Shown piece by piece: positions 1 to 9,325 of a stretch of 39,763 nucleotides of DNA (its first letter is position 1; each line of letters opens with the position of its first letter). The DNA is taken from positions 1 through 39,763 of IMG/VR virus record IMGVR_UViG_3300032248_000908; one strand, given 5' to 3'. The position numbers and the translations under genes are program-made. The notes beneath the pieces were generated by a model. That model had not been told where the DNA came from and did no database searches. It was given only the letters and a program-made list of their open reading frames with translations. The stretch comes from a virus. Its lineage: Duplodnaviria > Caudoviricetes.

Positions 1-474
1 AAAGGTATTCAGAAATTGACAGGTAAAACCACCCCTACTCTAGCTGATATATCAGATCTGGTTAAACGTACGCTTAAGGAATTAAATATCACAAAAAACT
101 CTGTTATAACGCCAGATCATGTTAAAGAATTTAAATTTAAGCTCTGGGATTTTTACGGCGATATAGTTGGTGGTGCTCCTAAAGACGCAGACAGTTTAAT
201 GAAAATAGCGGCGTTACCTGATAATCAAAAATACCATCCTATAACGTATGCTTTTTCTGTAGCCTTAGCCATGAAGTTTAACACTGAGAATATATATCAC
301 AATATTCTAAACGAAGTAGCACAAAGTATTAAAGCTGAACAGATTTATGCAGAGTTTAAACAATCCGGTATCGAATTCAAAATAAAAAAATTCTCAGAAT
401 CTGAATTTAGCTTTAAAGCTGGTGCGTTTACTTATAAATCTGATAACGTGCGTATGAAAGTTGACATGAAGTAA
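1..474 (+). CDS. Hypothetical phage protein, 5'-truncated by window edge
   Basis: Frame is open from base 1 to TAA at 472-474; no recognisable motif. Confidence 0.6.
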   Translation, partial: KGIQKLTGKTTPTLADISDLVKRTLKELNITKNSVITPDHVKEFKFKLWDFYGDIVGGAPKDADSLMKIAALPDNQKYHPITYAFSVALAMKFNTENIYHNILNEVAQSIKAEQIYAEFKQSGIEFKIKKFSESEFSFKAGAFTYKSDNVRMKVDMK

Positions 475-480
475 ACCGTT

Positions 481-488
481 TATAAATA
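481..488 (+). promoter_or_regulatory. T4-type late promoter TATAAATA
   Basis: Exact gp55-dependent consensus in the intergenic gap, 28 nt before ATG 517. Confidence 0.8.
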
Positions 489-516
489 TATTGAAACGCA
501 CAACAAGGGTTGTAAA

Positions 517-1695
517 ATGATAACATTTAGTAAATTACGGTCAATGCTCACTGAAGAAGAAGAAGTCAACACTAAGGTGGGTGGTATATCTCATATAGAG
601 CATCCTTCAGATAGAACATTCGACGGGAAAGAAGCTGCACATCATGCGGTGGACACTCTACGTGGAGTGATTTCTGGTAGAACACCGATTACTAAAAAGA
701 TTGACGATAGAATGTCTTTCCAGGCAATCCGTCATCCTGATGGTAGAGTAGGTGTAAAGTACAAGGGCACAGGCTCGCATTACAATTACACCGACGACGA
801 TATCGATACTCAGCATGGCGATAAACCATACCTCGCAGGTCCTCTAAAGGCTCTTCGGGAACATATCGGTAAAGTGCTACCGCAGCGTGAGGGAGAATGG
901 CAAGGTGGCTTTCTAAGCACTCCTGAGCAACGAACCATAACCAAGGGTAGAATAAGCCATACTCCAAATACTCTACAGTATTCTGTTCCTACAGACACTC
1001 AGGAAGGTAAGAAGCTCAAGAATTCTAAAGTGAGTATGGTTATTCACAGCGAGCTACACGGTCCCGAAAGAACTGCTGCTCCTGTGTTAGATCGATCAGA
1101 GTTCAACGAACATCCTGATGTGCACGTAATGAATCACGTCGTTAGCAACGAAGAACATGCTAACATGGATCCCGTTTTAAAGAGACAGTCTGAATCTCAT
1201 TTAGACCAAGCTGAAAAATTGATGCAAGGACATGATTATGGGCATTTAGCCGGTCATGAGAAACATCTTAGAACCTATATCAACTCCACCGTGCGCTCAG
1301 GTGAGACGCCATCTGTCGATGGGTATATTGAACATTTGAAGGCTAAGCATCAAAAAGAAATTGACAAGGTTAAGCAAGAAAAAACCAAAGACGCTAAAGC
1401 TGCAGTAAGAGATGCTGATGTTGCACACATTAATGCAAATAGAAAAGCATTCGACAGAACCTTAAAGATACACGGCCATGTTCAACAAGCAACTAACCTA
1501 TTAGCTCGAGCATTAAGTAAATCAGCTCATGGCGGCTACGCTCATCATTTAGCTGATGGCACTGAAACAGATCCAGAAGGATTCGTCGGTGGTGGCCTTA
1601 AAGTTGTTAACAGAGGGGAAGGCGGGTTCAGTGCTGCAAATCTAGCACGAAGCGCCATCCTAAAGAATTCACCAACATTAGCTGCTAAGGTATAA
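517..1695 (+). CDS. Conserved T4-like protein (DUF6267-like) with degenerate ligase/nucleotidyltransferase-like motifs
   Basis: HIEHPSD, TKKIDD, WQGG, FTPNT-like HTPNT, PEGFV...KVVNR...FSAAN resemble the family that usually precedes the cytidylyltransferase-like gene in aquatic T4-like phages. Confidence 0.6.
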   Translation: MITFSKLRSMLTEEEEVNTKVGGISHIEHPSDRTFDGKEAAHHAVDTLRGVISGRTPITKKIDDRMSFQAIRHPDGRVGVKYKGTGSHYNYTDDDIDTQHGDKPYLAGPLKALREHIGKVLPQREGEWQGGFLSTPEQRTITKGRISHTPNTLQYSVPTDTQEGKKLKNSKVSMVIHSELHGPERTAAPVLDRSEFNEHPDVHVMNHVVSNEEHANMDPVLKRQSESHLDQAEKLMQGHDYGHLAGHEKHLRTYINSTVRSGETPSVDGYIEHLKAKHQKEIDKVKQEKTKDAKAAVRDADVAHINANRKAFDRTLKIHGHVQQATNLLARALSKSAHGGYAHHLADGTETDPEGFVGGGLKVVNRGEGGFSAANLARSAILKNSPTLAAKV

Positions 1696-1696
1696 C

Positions 1697-2482
1697 ATGA
1701 AAGATTTTTTCAAGAAAATATCAGATAGAATATCAGCTGCTAAAGGCAGAACCGTAGATGGCGGAGCGACGGTGACGGGAGAAAAATTAAATCCTGTCCT
1801 TATTAATCCGGATGTTATCTTAAGAAATGAATCTGTCAATCATAATCATGAACGTCATCATGTATTGTTTTGGGGGAGAGCCAATCCTCCAACAGCAGGA
1901 CATGAGCAAGCCTACGAAACAGTTAAGAGAGAAATGCGTAGAACGGGTGGAACGGGTAGCATGGGATTTTCTGCTACGCAAGATCACAAAAAGAATCCGC
2001 TGACACCTGAACAAAAAGCTAAACACGTGCAGCGTGCATTTCCTGATGTTAATACTTTCGTTGCTACATCATCTCACCCCAACATTTTCCATCAACTAGC
2101 CAAGCTTCATGAACAAGGTGTAACTCATCTTCATTTGGTGGCTGGTTCTGATCAGCTAGACAACTATAGGAACCTGATTGATCAATACAACGGCAAAGAA
2201 GCTTCTCACGGATACTACAACTTCAAAAAAATAAGCTATGTGTCTGCTGGAGAAAGAGATCCAGATGCCGAAGGAACAGAAGGTGTTTCTGCGACTAAGC
2301 AAAGACTTCATGCACAAAATGGTGATTATGAATCTTTTGCAAGAGGTGCGCCAAGTCATATGAAACCAGAACATGTAAAAGAGCTATATGACGATGTTCG
2401 TGCTGGGTTAACTCCGCCACCAAAAAAAGAAAGAGCTAAGAAGGTCGTAGAGTTTGTTGTACAACACGCGAGGAACATGTAA
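1697..2482 (+). CDS. Cytidylyltransferase-like (HIGH-superfamily) nucleotidyltransferase
   Basis: GRANPPTAGH (TxGH), KNPL, VAGSD, SAGERDPD, VSATKQR motifs. Confidence 0.8.
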   Translation: MKDFFKKISDRISAAKGRTVDGGATVTGEKLNPVLINPDVILRNESVNHNHERHHVLFWGRANPPTAGHEQAYETVKREMRRTGGTGSMGFSATQDHKKNPLTPEQKAKHVQRAFPDVNTFVATSSHPNIFHQLAKLHEQGVTHLHLVAGSDQLDNYRNLIDQYNGKEASHGYYNFKKISYVSAGERDPDAEGTEGVSATKQRLHAQNGDYESFARGAPSHMKPEHVKELYDDVRAGLTPPPKKERAKKVVEFVVQHARNM

Positions 2483-3153
2483 TGGATGGGACACTTAATC
2501 CTGCGGTAGAAGCAGCAAAAAAAGCAGCCAATCGCCAAGAACATTTGCGCAGGGAAATGGAAGCCAAGCGTAGAAGCGAAGAAAAGAAACGAGAAGAAGT
2601 TTCAGACAACAGTGCTGAACGAAAAGCTAAAAGCGCAACTGCTAAGTCAACCAGCCGTAATTACGCTCAACAATATAAATCAAAACCGATACATCAGCAA
2701 CCACCGTTGTATTCTAAAGACTATATGCGTACTGAAGAAACGTCACCCAAAAAGAAATACTCAAAGAAACAGATAATGGGGTTGAATGCAGAGTTCGCAC
2801 GAAAAAGAAAAGACGACGAGGATAACCCTGCTGCTATGGCAACAAATCCATATGAAGAAGTTGGCTATGATACAAATCTTGAGCCACAAGACATTAAAAA
2901 GCAACTCAAGCGCAGAAAAGCACTTAAGGTTGTAAGAGCATATGTAAAAGAAGCTGGTGTTTGGGGTAGTGGCTCAGGCGGATTCGCTGGATTACCTGCT
3001 GCTGGGACACAAAATACTTCACAAGCTGGTGGTATCGGAAATAAACTCGGACCAGATTCTCCAGATAAAAACTACATTTTAAAAAAGAAAAAATCTAGGA
3101 TCAGCGTGCCTGACTCTGCAGTAGGTGGAGCACGAGTAACACCAAACAGTTGA
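2482..3153 (+). CDS. Hypothetical K/E-rich low-complexity protein
   Basis: TAATG coupling to the upstream gene; 223 aa ORF. Confidence 0.65.
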   Translation: MDGTLNPAVEAAKKAANRQEHLRREMEAKRRSEEKKREEVSDNSAERKAKSATAKSTSRNYAQQYKSKPIHQQPPLYSKDYMRTEETSPKKKYSKKQIMGLNAEFARKRKDDEDNPAAMATNPYEEVGYDTNLEPQDIKKQLKRRKALKVVRAYVKEAGVWGSGSGGFAGLPAAGTQNTSQAGGIGNKLGPDSPDKNYILKKKKSRISVPDSAVGGARVTPNS

Positions 3154-3201
3154 TTTTATAATGAACGAAAAGGAACAGAAACTTCTAGTTGAGGCACTCT
3201 A

Positions 3202-3540
3202 ATGAAAAAATTTATCAAGTTTATTAAAGAAGATGCTCCAGCCCCAATAAAACCATTGGAAAATCCAAGCTTGATGTTTAATGATGCGAACGAAGCAATG
3301 GATGCTGCTAAGAAACAAGCAGCGTCTTTGACAGCTCCTCAAGATAGAATGTATATCATCAATTATAAATACTATAGAGAAAACAATGTAAAACCATATG
3401 TTGTTATCCATAACAAACAGCTTGTTGATAGCGAACCAAACTGGGAAGCTAAAGGATACAACATAACAGCATGGGTGTCCCCTATAGATGGGGTTGTAAC
3501 AAAAACACAAGACGGCACATTTGCAAAGGAACAACAATGA
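3202..3540 (+). CDS. Hypothetical protein with capsid-targeting-like N-terminus
   Basis: GAGG RBS; begins MKKFIKFIKE; ATGA overlap with dps. Confidence 0.7.
   Translation: MKKFIKFIKEDAPAPIKPLENPSLMFNDANEAMDAAKKQAASLTAPQDRMYIINYKYYRENNVKPYVVIHNKQLVDSEPNWEAKGYNITAWVSPIDGVVTKTQDGTFAKEQQ
3364..3371 (+). promoter_or_regulatory. Candidate late promoter TATAAATA upstream of dps
   Basis: Exact consensus, but intragenic. Confidence 0.45.
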
Positions 3541-3977
3541 GCGCACTAGGTGATTCGTTAAGAGTAGTATTAGCAGATACATTCGCTATGTATCTTAAGG
3601 CACATAACTACCACTGGAATGTAGAGGGTGCAGATTTCTATGAGTATCACATCTTTCTAGAAAAGCTTTATAACGAACTATGGGAAGCGGTAGATGATAT
3701 TGCAGAACACATTAGAGCGTTAAATGAGTATAGTCCAGGATCTTTTAGTAGATTTTCTGAACTAACTTCTATTCAAGACGCCACGACTGTTCCGATGGGC
3801 GTCAATATGTTCCAGATTCTATTAGATGATAACGATAAAGTACTCTCATCTTTAGAAAAAGCATATGCTCTAGCAGAAAAAGAGAAAGAAATAGGATTGA
3901 GTAACTTCTTACAAGATCGCACAGATACACACAAGAAACATGGGTGGATGCTTCGCGCCACTGTAAAAAACCGATAA
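3537..3977 (+). CDS. dps: Dps family ferritin-like DNA-protection protein
   Basis: KAHNYHWNVEG..F...H..LE.LY.E....D.IAEHIRAL and HKKHGWML; start at ATG 3537 (AAGGA RBS) rather than 3471. Confidence 0.93.
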   Translation: MSALGDSLRVVLADTFAMYLKAHNYHWNVEGADFYEYHIFLEKLYNELWEAVDDIAEHIRALNEYSPGSFSRFSELTSIQDATTVPMGVNMFQILLDDNDKVLSSLEKAYALAEKEKEIGLSNFLQDRTDTHKKHGWMLRATVKNR

Positions 3978-3978
3978 T

Positions 3979-3986
3979 AATAAATA
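3979..3986 (+). promoter_or_regulatory. Late promoter variant AATAAATA
   Basis: Intergenic, 30 nt before ATG 4016. Confidence 0.6.
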
Positions 3987-4015
3987 TAAAATATAACCAC
4001 TCACGGAGAATTAAG

Positions 4016-5797
4016 ATGGCCAATGAACTTCCAAAATACGTCTTTCACGAAGAATTCGGCGAAGGCGAAATCATTAATGGTATGCAAACAATCGACGAAT
4101 CAGGCGACGTAACTAACACAGACGTTATGTTCGAATACGGTATTATTCGTGACGTTCCTGTCGAAGAACTAATGGTTTTGGAAGGTCGTGGTCGTCCAAA
4201 GGGTAGCAAGAATAAACCCAAGGGTGGTGGAACCAAACCTACTATGCCTGCTACAAAGACGCCATCAAATAGCGAAGATGATGATAGCGACGGTCCTAGC
4301 GGTCCTGGTATCCATGGCGAACTACTTCGTCACCAAGACCTTGGCGATCTGAAGAATCATGAGATCGAATTCCATGACGGCAAGAAAGTTAAGGTTAGCC
4401 CAGAACACCGTAATAAAGCACTTGCTCACATCAAGTCACTAATGGGTCCTGGTAAGAATCCGGATACTCGTATGGCTGCTCTCCGTAAGCTTGGTTCAAA
4501 CCACGAAACCTTTAAGCAGATGATTGGCGAAGATGTTGAATTAGATGAGATTTCAGCATTCGTTGCTGGTAAAGTGCATGATATTAGATCGAATCAAGCC
4601 ATTCAAAAATATCTAAAAGGAAAAGAATATGGTAACCGTGATGGCGAGGATCTGATGAATAAAGCTGATAAAGCTGGCGCCTATGCAGTTAAGAAAATGA
4701 AAGGAATGAATCCTGATGAAATTTCAAGAACTAAAGATAGAGCTATGGCAGCAGCAAAACAACATCCTACATATAAAGAAGATGTCGATCTTGAAGAAGG
4801 AAATGCCGAAAACAAAGAAAAGAAAAATCGTCACTTTGATAAAATGGGAGCAAACTGGAAAAAATTAAATCCACAACACGACTTCACTCAGAATGATCGC
4901 AACTTAGGTCGCGGCATCAATACTTATGGAAATAAAAAGCAAGTAAAGGCTGCACAGCAAGCAGAAGATGTCGAACAAGTCGATGAAATTTCAAAAAAAG
5001 TAAAAAAACAGTATATAGACAAAGCCGTTGACAATCTTACCACACGTGCGTTATTTCATGGATTTAAAACTGCAGGAGCCGACAAGCCATGGCTTAAGCG
5101 AACCGATAGCGAAATCGCTGCCGCTGAACGTAAGATAAAAAATCGTCAAGATGGGATTCGGCGCGCAACTAAAGAAGATGTCGAACAAGTCGATGAGAAG
5201 CTAATCGGTAAGCAGAAGAATCTAGACAAAAATCGCAACGGTAAGCTAGATCGTCAAGACTTCGAGATGCTTCGTAAAGAGTCGGTCGAACCAAAGGTTA
5301 GTGTATATACTGAAGCTAATCGCTTCCGTAGCGTAGAAAATGCTGTTAAAGATATTATGCTGCAGAATCTAAATCTTCGTCAGATAGCTAAGGAAGAAGC
5401 ATTTATAAAAAATGCTTATGAAAATTTGAGTGAAGCTAATCATGAAGTAGGAAACCCAGTTAGATTGCATCTTCCAGGAACTCCTGCTCATGGAAAAGAA
5501 GGAAAAATTACTAAACTTCATCCTGATGGTAACGCTACTGTCAAGTTAGATGCGGGTGCGAGTACAACGGTTCCAAAAACAGCTCTAAAATCTCCCACCA
5601 AACAAAAATCAAATGAACCAGATGTTGTTAAGAAAATAAGACAAAAACACGGTGAGGGTAAAGTTATAAAGGCAAAGGATGGAATGGGCGGATGGACGCA
5701 CATAAGCAAAGGTGAGGAAGACGGAGCACCAGTAGAAATTCATCACCATTACGACAGTAATGGTAGACATGTGGGTACCATAACTGTAGACAGATAA
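4016..5797 (+). CDS. Modular putative internal head (prohead core-like) protein
   Basis: GGAG RBS before ATG 4016; AT-hook-like GRGRPKGSKNKPK, EF-hand-like DKNRNGKLDRQDF, repeated acidic linkers EDVE(L/QV)DE. Confidence 0.6.
   Translation: MANELPKYVFHEEFGEGEIINGMQTIDESGDVTNTDVMFEYGIIRDVPVEELMVLEGRGRPKGSKNKPKGGGTKPTMPATKTPSNSEDDDSDGPSGPGIHGELLRHQDLGDLKNHEIEFHDGKKVKVSPEHRNKALAHIKSLMGPGKNPDTRMAALRKLGSNHETFKQMIGEDVELDEISAFVAGKVHDIRSNQAIQKYLKGKEYGNRDGEDLMNKADKAGAYAVKKMKGMNPDEISRTKDRAMAAAKQHPTYKEDVDLEEGNAENKEKKNRHFDKMGANWKKLNPQHDFTQNDRNLGRGINTYGNKKQVKAAQQAEDVEQVDEISKKVKKQYIDKAVDNLTTRALFHGFKTAGADKPWLKRTDSEIAAAERKIKNRQDGIRRATKEDVEQVDEKLIGKQKNLDKNRNGKLDRQDFEMLRKESVEPKVSVYTEANRFRSVENAVKDIMLQNLNLRQIAKEEAFIKNAYENLSEANHEVGNPVRLHLPGTPAHGKEGKITKLHPDGNATVKLDAGASTTVPKTALKSPTKQKSNEPDVVKKIRQKHGEGKVIKAKDGMGGWTHISKGEEDGAPVEIHHHYDSNGRHVGTITVDR
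4963..5196 (+). repeat. Identical 24-nt direct repeat AGAAGATGTCGAACAAGTCGATGA at 4963-4986 and 5173-5196
   Basis: Read directly; encodes EDVEQVDE; degenerate copies start at 4529 and 4778. Confidence 0.9.
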
Positions 5798-5798
5798 A

Positions 5799-6170
5799 AT
5801 GCCTCTGTTCGCTAAAGAGATTGTTGTATTAAAAGATGGAGTACAGGCACCGTCGCCAGTGATTCAAAATCCGACGGTGCCTGTTTCCAAAATACAAGCG
5901 AAAGAATTTATTGTTCTAGGTACTGTACCAAAAAAAGAATTCGTAGAGCCAGAACCACAATATGAGAAGCTACAGGCGAAAGAGTTAGTAGTACTAGGTT
6001 CTCCGCCGAAGAAAGAATTTACTAAGCCAGAACCGCAATACGCTAAGATACAAGCAAAAGAATTTATCGTTCTTGATGATATAAATACTTTACCGAAAGT
6101 TGCTGCTGTTAGGCATCCTGATTTTATAGAGAAATCTTCAGATTACGTCTACCACATGTTTAAAGATTAA
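5799..6170 (+). CDS. Hypothetical protein with ~26-aa internal repeats
   Basis: KIQAKEFIVLG..PKKEF..PEPQY unit present about 2.5 times. Confidence 0.7.
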   Translation: MPLFAKEIVVLKDGVQAPSPVIQNPTVPVSKIQAKEFIVLGTVPKKEFVEPEPQYEKLQAKELVVLGSPPKKEFTKPEPQYAKIQAKEFIVLDDINTLPKVAAVRHPDFIEKSSDYVYHMFKD

Positions 6171-6176
6171 TAAATA
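6169..6176 (+). promoter_or_regulatory. Late promoter variant AATAAATA (an exact TATAAATA also lies at 6080-6087)
   Basis: Just upstream of AAGGAG RBS and ATG 6205. Confidence 0.6.
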
Positions 6177-6204
6177 AGAAAAAGAACTCTCAAGGAGAAA
6201 AAAA

Positions 6205-8232
6205 ATGCCTTTATGGAAAAGTCTAAATCAAGCCAATGCTGCACCAAAGTTTCTTGGTGTATTAGCTAAAGACAAGGCTTACGCACAAACAGCAGCAATT
6301 ACAACAACTGGTACATTTACTCTAAACAGTGCTAACATCACTGCCATGGCTACAACCACCGGTATTAACTTAAATCAGACGATTACTTCTAGCACAGTAG
6401 GCGCTAATCTTAATCCAGGAGCCACCGTAACTGCTATTATTAACAGTACAGCTGTTACAATGTCTTCTGTGTATCAAAAAGCTACAGCAGTAGGCGCTAC
6501 CATATCATTTCAAAATGGTGGTGTTCGCGGCGAAAACCTATACAACAACTCTACACCAAATGCATTTCAGAATGGGCAGTCTGTCGGTGTGTTTAACGTT
6601 CTAAACATTCCTAACTATGTTACAATTACTGCGAATACAATCGCTGGTAATAACTGGCTAACCAATCCGGTTGGAACATTCTCAAACGTGCAGACAGGTG
6701 CTGTTACTCAAGGTAATGCTCTAATTACCGGAATGACATCCACCGCGAACATCTCAATCGGTATGGCGATTTACTCCACTGCTGCCAATACAACAGGCGG
6801 ATCTCCAGTTTGGGCAAACAACCTTGCCGTTGCTAACGTTATTAATACCACTGCAGTATTGATGAACACTACATCAACACTAACAAACGCAGCCGCTGCA
6901 TTCTACTTCTCAAAGATTGCTCCAGGCACCGTGGCTTCTGGTAACGGTCTACCGGGATTAACCGTTGGTACGGCAGGTTCACCAACGACCTCAGTAACCA
7001 CAATTACAGGTACCATTTCAAACGGAACAATCGGTTCAAATGGTAACATTCTAAACGTTACTGCATTCAGCGGCCCTCCTCTAGCAGTTGGTCAAGAAAT
7101 CCTAGCTAACTCAACTCTAGCTATTGCTAACGGAACCTACGTTGTTTCTACTACTTCTAGAAACGGTATTGGTAGCTACGTCCTAAGCGCCAACTCAATC
7201 TCTAACGGTGCTGTGGGCGCTGCTGTAACGATGTCCACGATTGTTCCAGCCGTTGTGTCCGTCAACTCAACTGTTATCGTATTGTCTTCTAATGCATATG
7301 CCATTTCAAACAATACAGGCAACACGGTTAACTTCTCAACATACGAAAAGAGTGTGTTTGGTAGAGGCGTTGCTGCTGGGTGGATTGAAGTAAAATACGG
7401 CACGGGTCCTGTAAGCACATTTACTGTTAATTCAACATCTACTGCAGGATACTCCAACGGCGAAACAGTAATTATCTCCGGTGGTTCTGCTAATGGTCTT
7501 GGTATTATCACAACCAATACAGTAGCAGGAACAGCTGGCGCTAACATTGCTTCAGTTGCTGTATCTTACGGTGGATATGGATTTACTAACACAGCCGGTC
7601 TAACTTATACCTATCAACATCAGCTTCACGTTGCTAACGTAACAGCAACAGGAACTCCAACAAGCTATGTTGCTGGCGATAAGGTAACCGTATCTTGCAC
7701 GTTTGCTCTAGCTAGCTTCACGGGTGTTGTAAGAGCTAATGTTCTAACAGCTTCTTCTGTAACAGGAACGATTAGTATCGGTAACCTCATTACTGGTACT
7801 GGCGTTGCTGCTAACACTAAGGTTCTATCGCAGCTATCAGGAACTGCCGGTGGTGCGGGTACGTATGCAGTAAGCGGTAACGAGAACGTTGCAAGTGCTT
7901 CGATGACTTCAACTGGTCAGATTATTGCTGCCGTTGCTAACATTACAAGCACAAGCGTGTCCAACAGCACCATCACTGTAACCACCCCTGGATTGTTTAC
8001 CAGCGGTCTAACTGCTGCTAACCTAGTGTTCACTTACTCCAACTCAACAGGCGGAACAGGAACAGGGTCAGGCATCACATTCGCAGGATCTTTTGCTTCT
8101 GTTAGCTCTGGTGCTTCTGTCAATGCTACACTCGGTGGTAAGGCTGGTCGTATCTATACTGAGACACTCGTGCCTCTTACGACTACGACACAAGATAATG
8201 CTGACGATAATAGTGTGTTCCCCAATTCATAA
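6205..8232 (+). CDS. Putative virion structural/fibre or decoration protein, T/G/N/S/A-rich
   Basis: MPLW N-terminus, GWI and C-terminal GRIYTETLV motifs like T4-like virion proteins; beta-rich composition. Confidence 0.65.
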   Translation: MPLWKSLNQANAAPKFLGVLAKDKAYAQTAAITTTGTFTLNSANITAMATTTGINLNQTITSSTVGANLNPGATVTAIINSTAVTMSSVYQKATAVGATISFQNGGVRGENLYNNSTPNAFQNGQSVGVFNVLNIPNYVTITANTIAGNNWLTNPVGTFSNVQTGAVTQGNALITGMTSTANISIGMAIYSTAANTTGGSPVWANNLAVANVINTTAVLMNTTSTLTNAAAAFYFSKIAPGTVASGNGLPGLTVGTAGSPTTSVTTITGTISNGTIGSNGNILNVTAFSGPPLAVGQEILANSTLAIANGTYVVSTTSRNGIGSYVLSANSISNGAVGAAVTMSTIVPAVVSVNSTVIVLSSNAYAISNNTGNTVNFSTYEKSVFGRGVAAGWIEVKYGTGPVSTFTVNSTSTAGYSNGETVIISGGSANGLGIITTNTVAGTAGANIASVAVSYGGYGFTNTAGLTYTYQHQLHVANVTATGTPTSYVAGDKVTVSCTFALASFTGVVRANVLTASSVTGTISIGNLITGTGVAANTKVLSQLSGTAGGAGTYAVSGNENVASASMTSTGQIIAAVANITSTSVSNSTITVTTPGLFTSGLTAANLVFTYSNSTGGTGTGSGITFAGSFASVSSGASVNATLGGKAGRIYTETLVPLTTTTQDNADDNSVFPNS

Positions 8233-8251
8233 TCTAAGGTAAAGAGATAAT

Positions 8252-9313
8252 ATGGCTACTTCAATAAAGATATCTGCGTTACCTACACTTGCTACGGCAC
8301 CAACAGGGGACGATCTACTAGTAATAGTAGATGCCCCTGGATCTAACCCTGTAACAAAACAAATTAATGTTGCGACATTTTTTTCAAACGTTAATGTCGG
8401 TAAGATCGTTGCTAATGGAAGCGTAGGCACAGCTAATCAAGTTTTGCTTAGCAACGCAACAGGTACTTTTTGGAGTAGCGATTTAAATCTTGTCAGCGCG
8501 AATGTTGGTAGCGGTGCTTTTTATGTTAACAGTTCTAGTTTTAACGTAACAACAACTAACACTTACGTTACTTCTAATGTTACTATAACAGGCACCAATA
8601 CCAATATATCAGCAAACGTTTCTTTCACGGGGTCTAACACCTACGTACAAAATAAAATACAAGTCGGTAACGCTGCTGGTTATGATTTCGGTTCTTTGGC
8701 TTCAATTGAAATCGACGCTTCTCAAAATAGTTACGTACAAATCGTTATTCAAAATGCCAACACCGGAAATCAAAATTCTGGCGACCTTGTTATTACGACA
8801 GATAATGGTAATGACACATTCGGATACGTCGACTTAGGTATTAACGGGTCAAACTATTCTAATGCTACTTACGGGATTACTGGTGCTGGCGATGCTTATC
8901 TTTACTCAGCTAACAGCCAGCTTGTTATCGGTACTGCTACGGTAAAAGACGTTGTTATTCATGCTGGCGGCACTGCTGCTACTAACAGGATAATGACCGT
9001 AAATACGACTGGCGTAACAGTTGCTACTAATACCTTTACTCTCGGTACATCCACTTCTGCTGCTAATGGATATACTTTCCTTCCCAACGGATTGAAATTA
9101 AATTGGGGTTGGGTGTCTGCTAATTCAACAACAGCTGGTGCAGTAACATTTACGTCTGCGTTCACTACAAATGCATATATCGTAACTGCTACAAGCAACA
9201 GCGCAGTCACAACATACGGAGCAGCTGTAGTATCCTGGACTAAGACAGGCGCCAATGTTGTAACAGCTAACGTAACATCTACTAATGTGTTCTGGCAGGC
9301 AATAGGGTCGTAA
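8252..9313 (+). CDS. Tail fibre-like protein with C-terminal NGYTxLPNG..WG domain
   Basis: KISALP N-terminus; NGYTFLPNGLKLNWG...VTFTSAF...FWQAIG is a common fibre-tip domain. Confidence 0.7.
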   Translation: MATSIKISALPTLATAPTGDDLLVIVDAPGSNPVTKQINVATFFSNVNVGKIVANGSVGTANQVLLSNATGTFWSSDLNLVSANVGSGAFYVNSSSFNVTTTNTYVTSNVTITGTNTNISANVSFTGSNTYVQNKIQVGNAAGYDFGSLASIEIDASQNSYVQIVIQNANTGNQNSGDLVITTDNGNDTFGYVDLGINGSNYSNATYGITGAGDAYLYSANSQLVIGTATVKDVVIHAGGTAATNRIMTVNTTGVTVATNTFTLGTSTSAANGYTFLPNGLKLNWGWVSANSTTAGAVTFTSAFTTNAYIVTATSNSAVTTYGAAVVSWTKTGANVVTANVTSTNVFWQAIGS

Positions 9314-9325
9314 TATCTTTTCATA

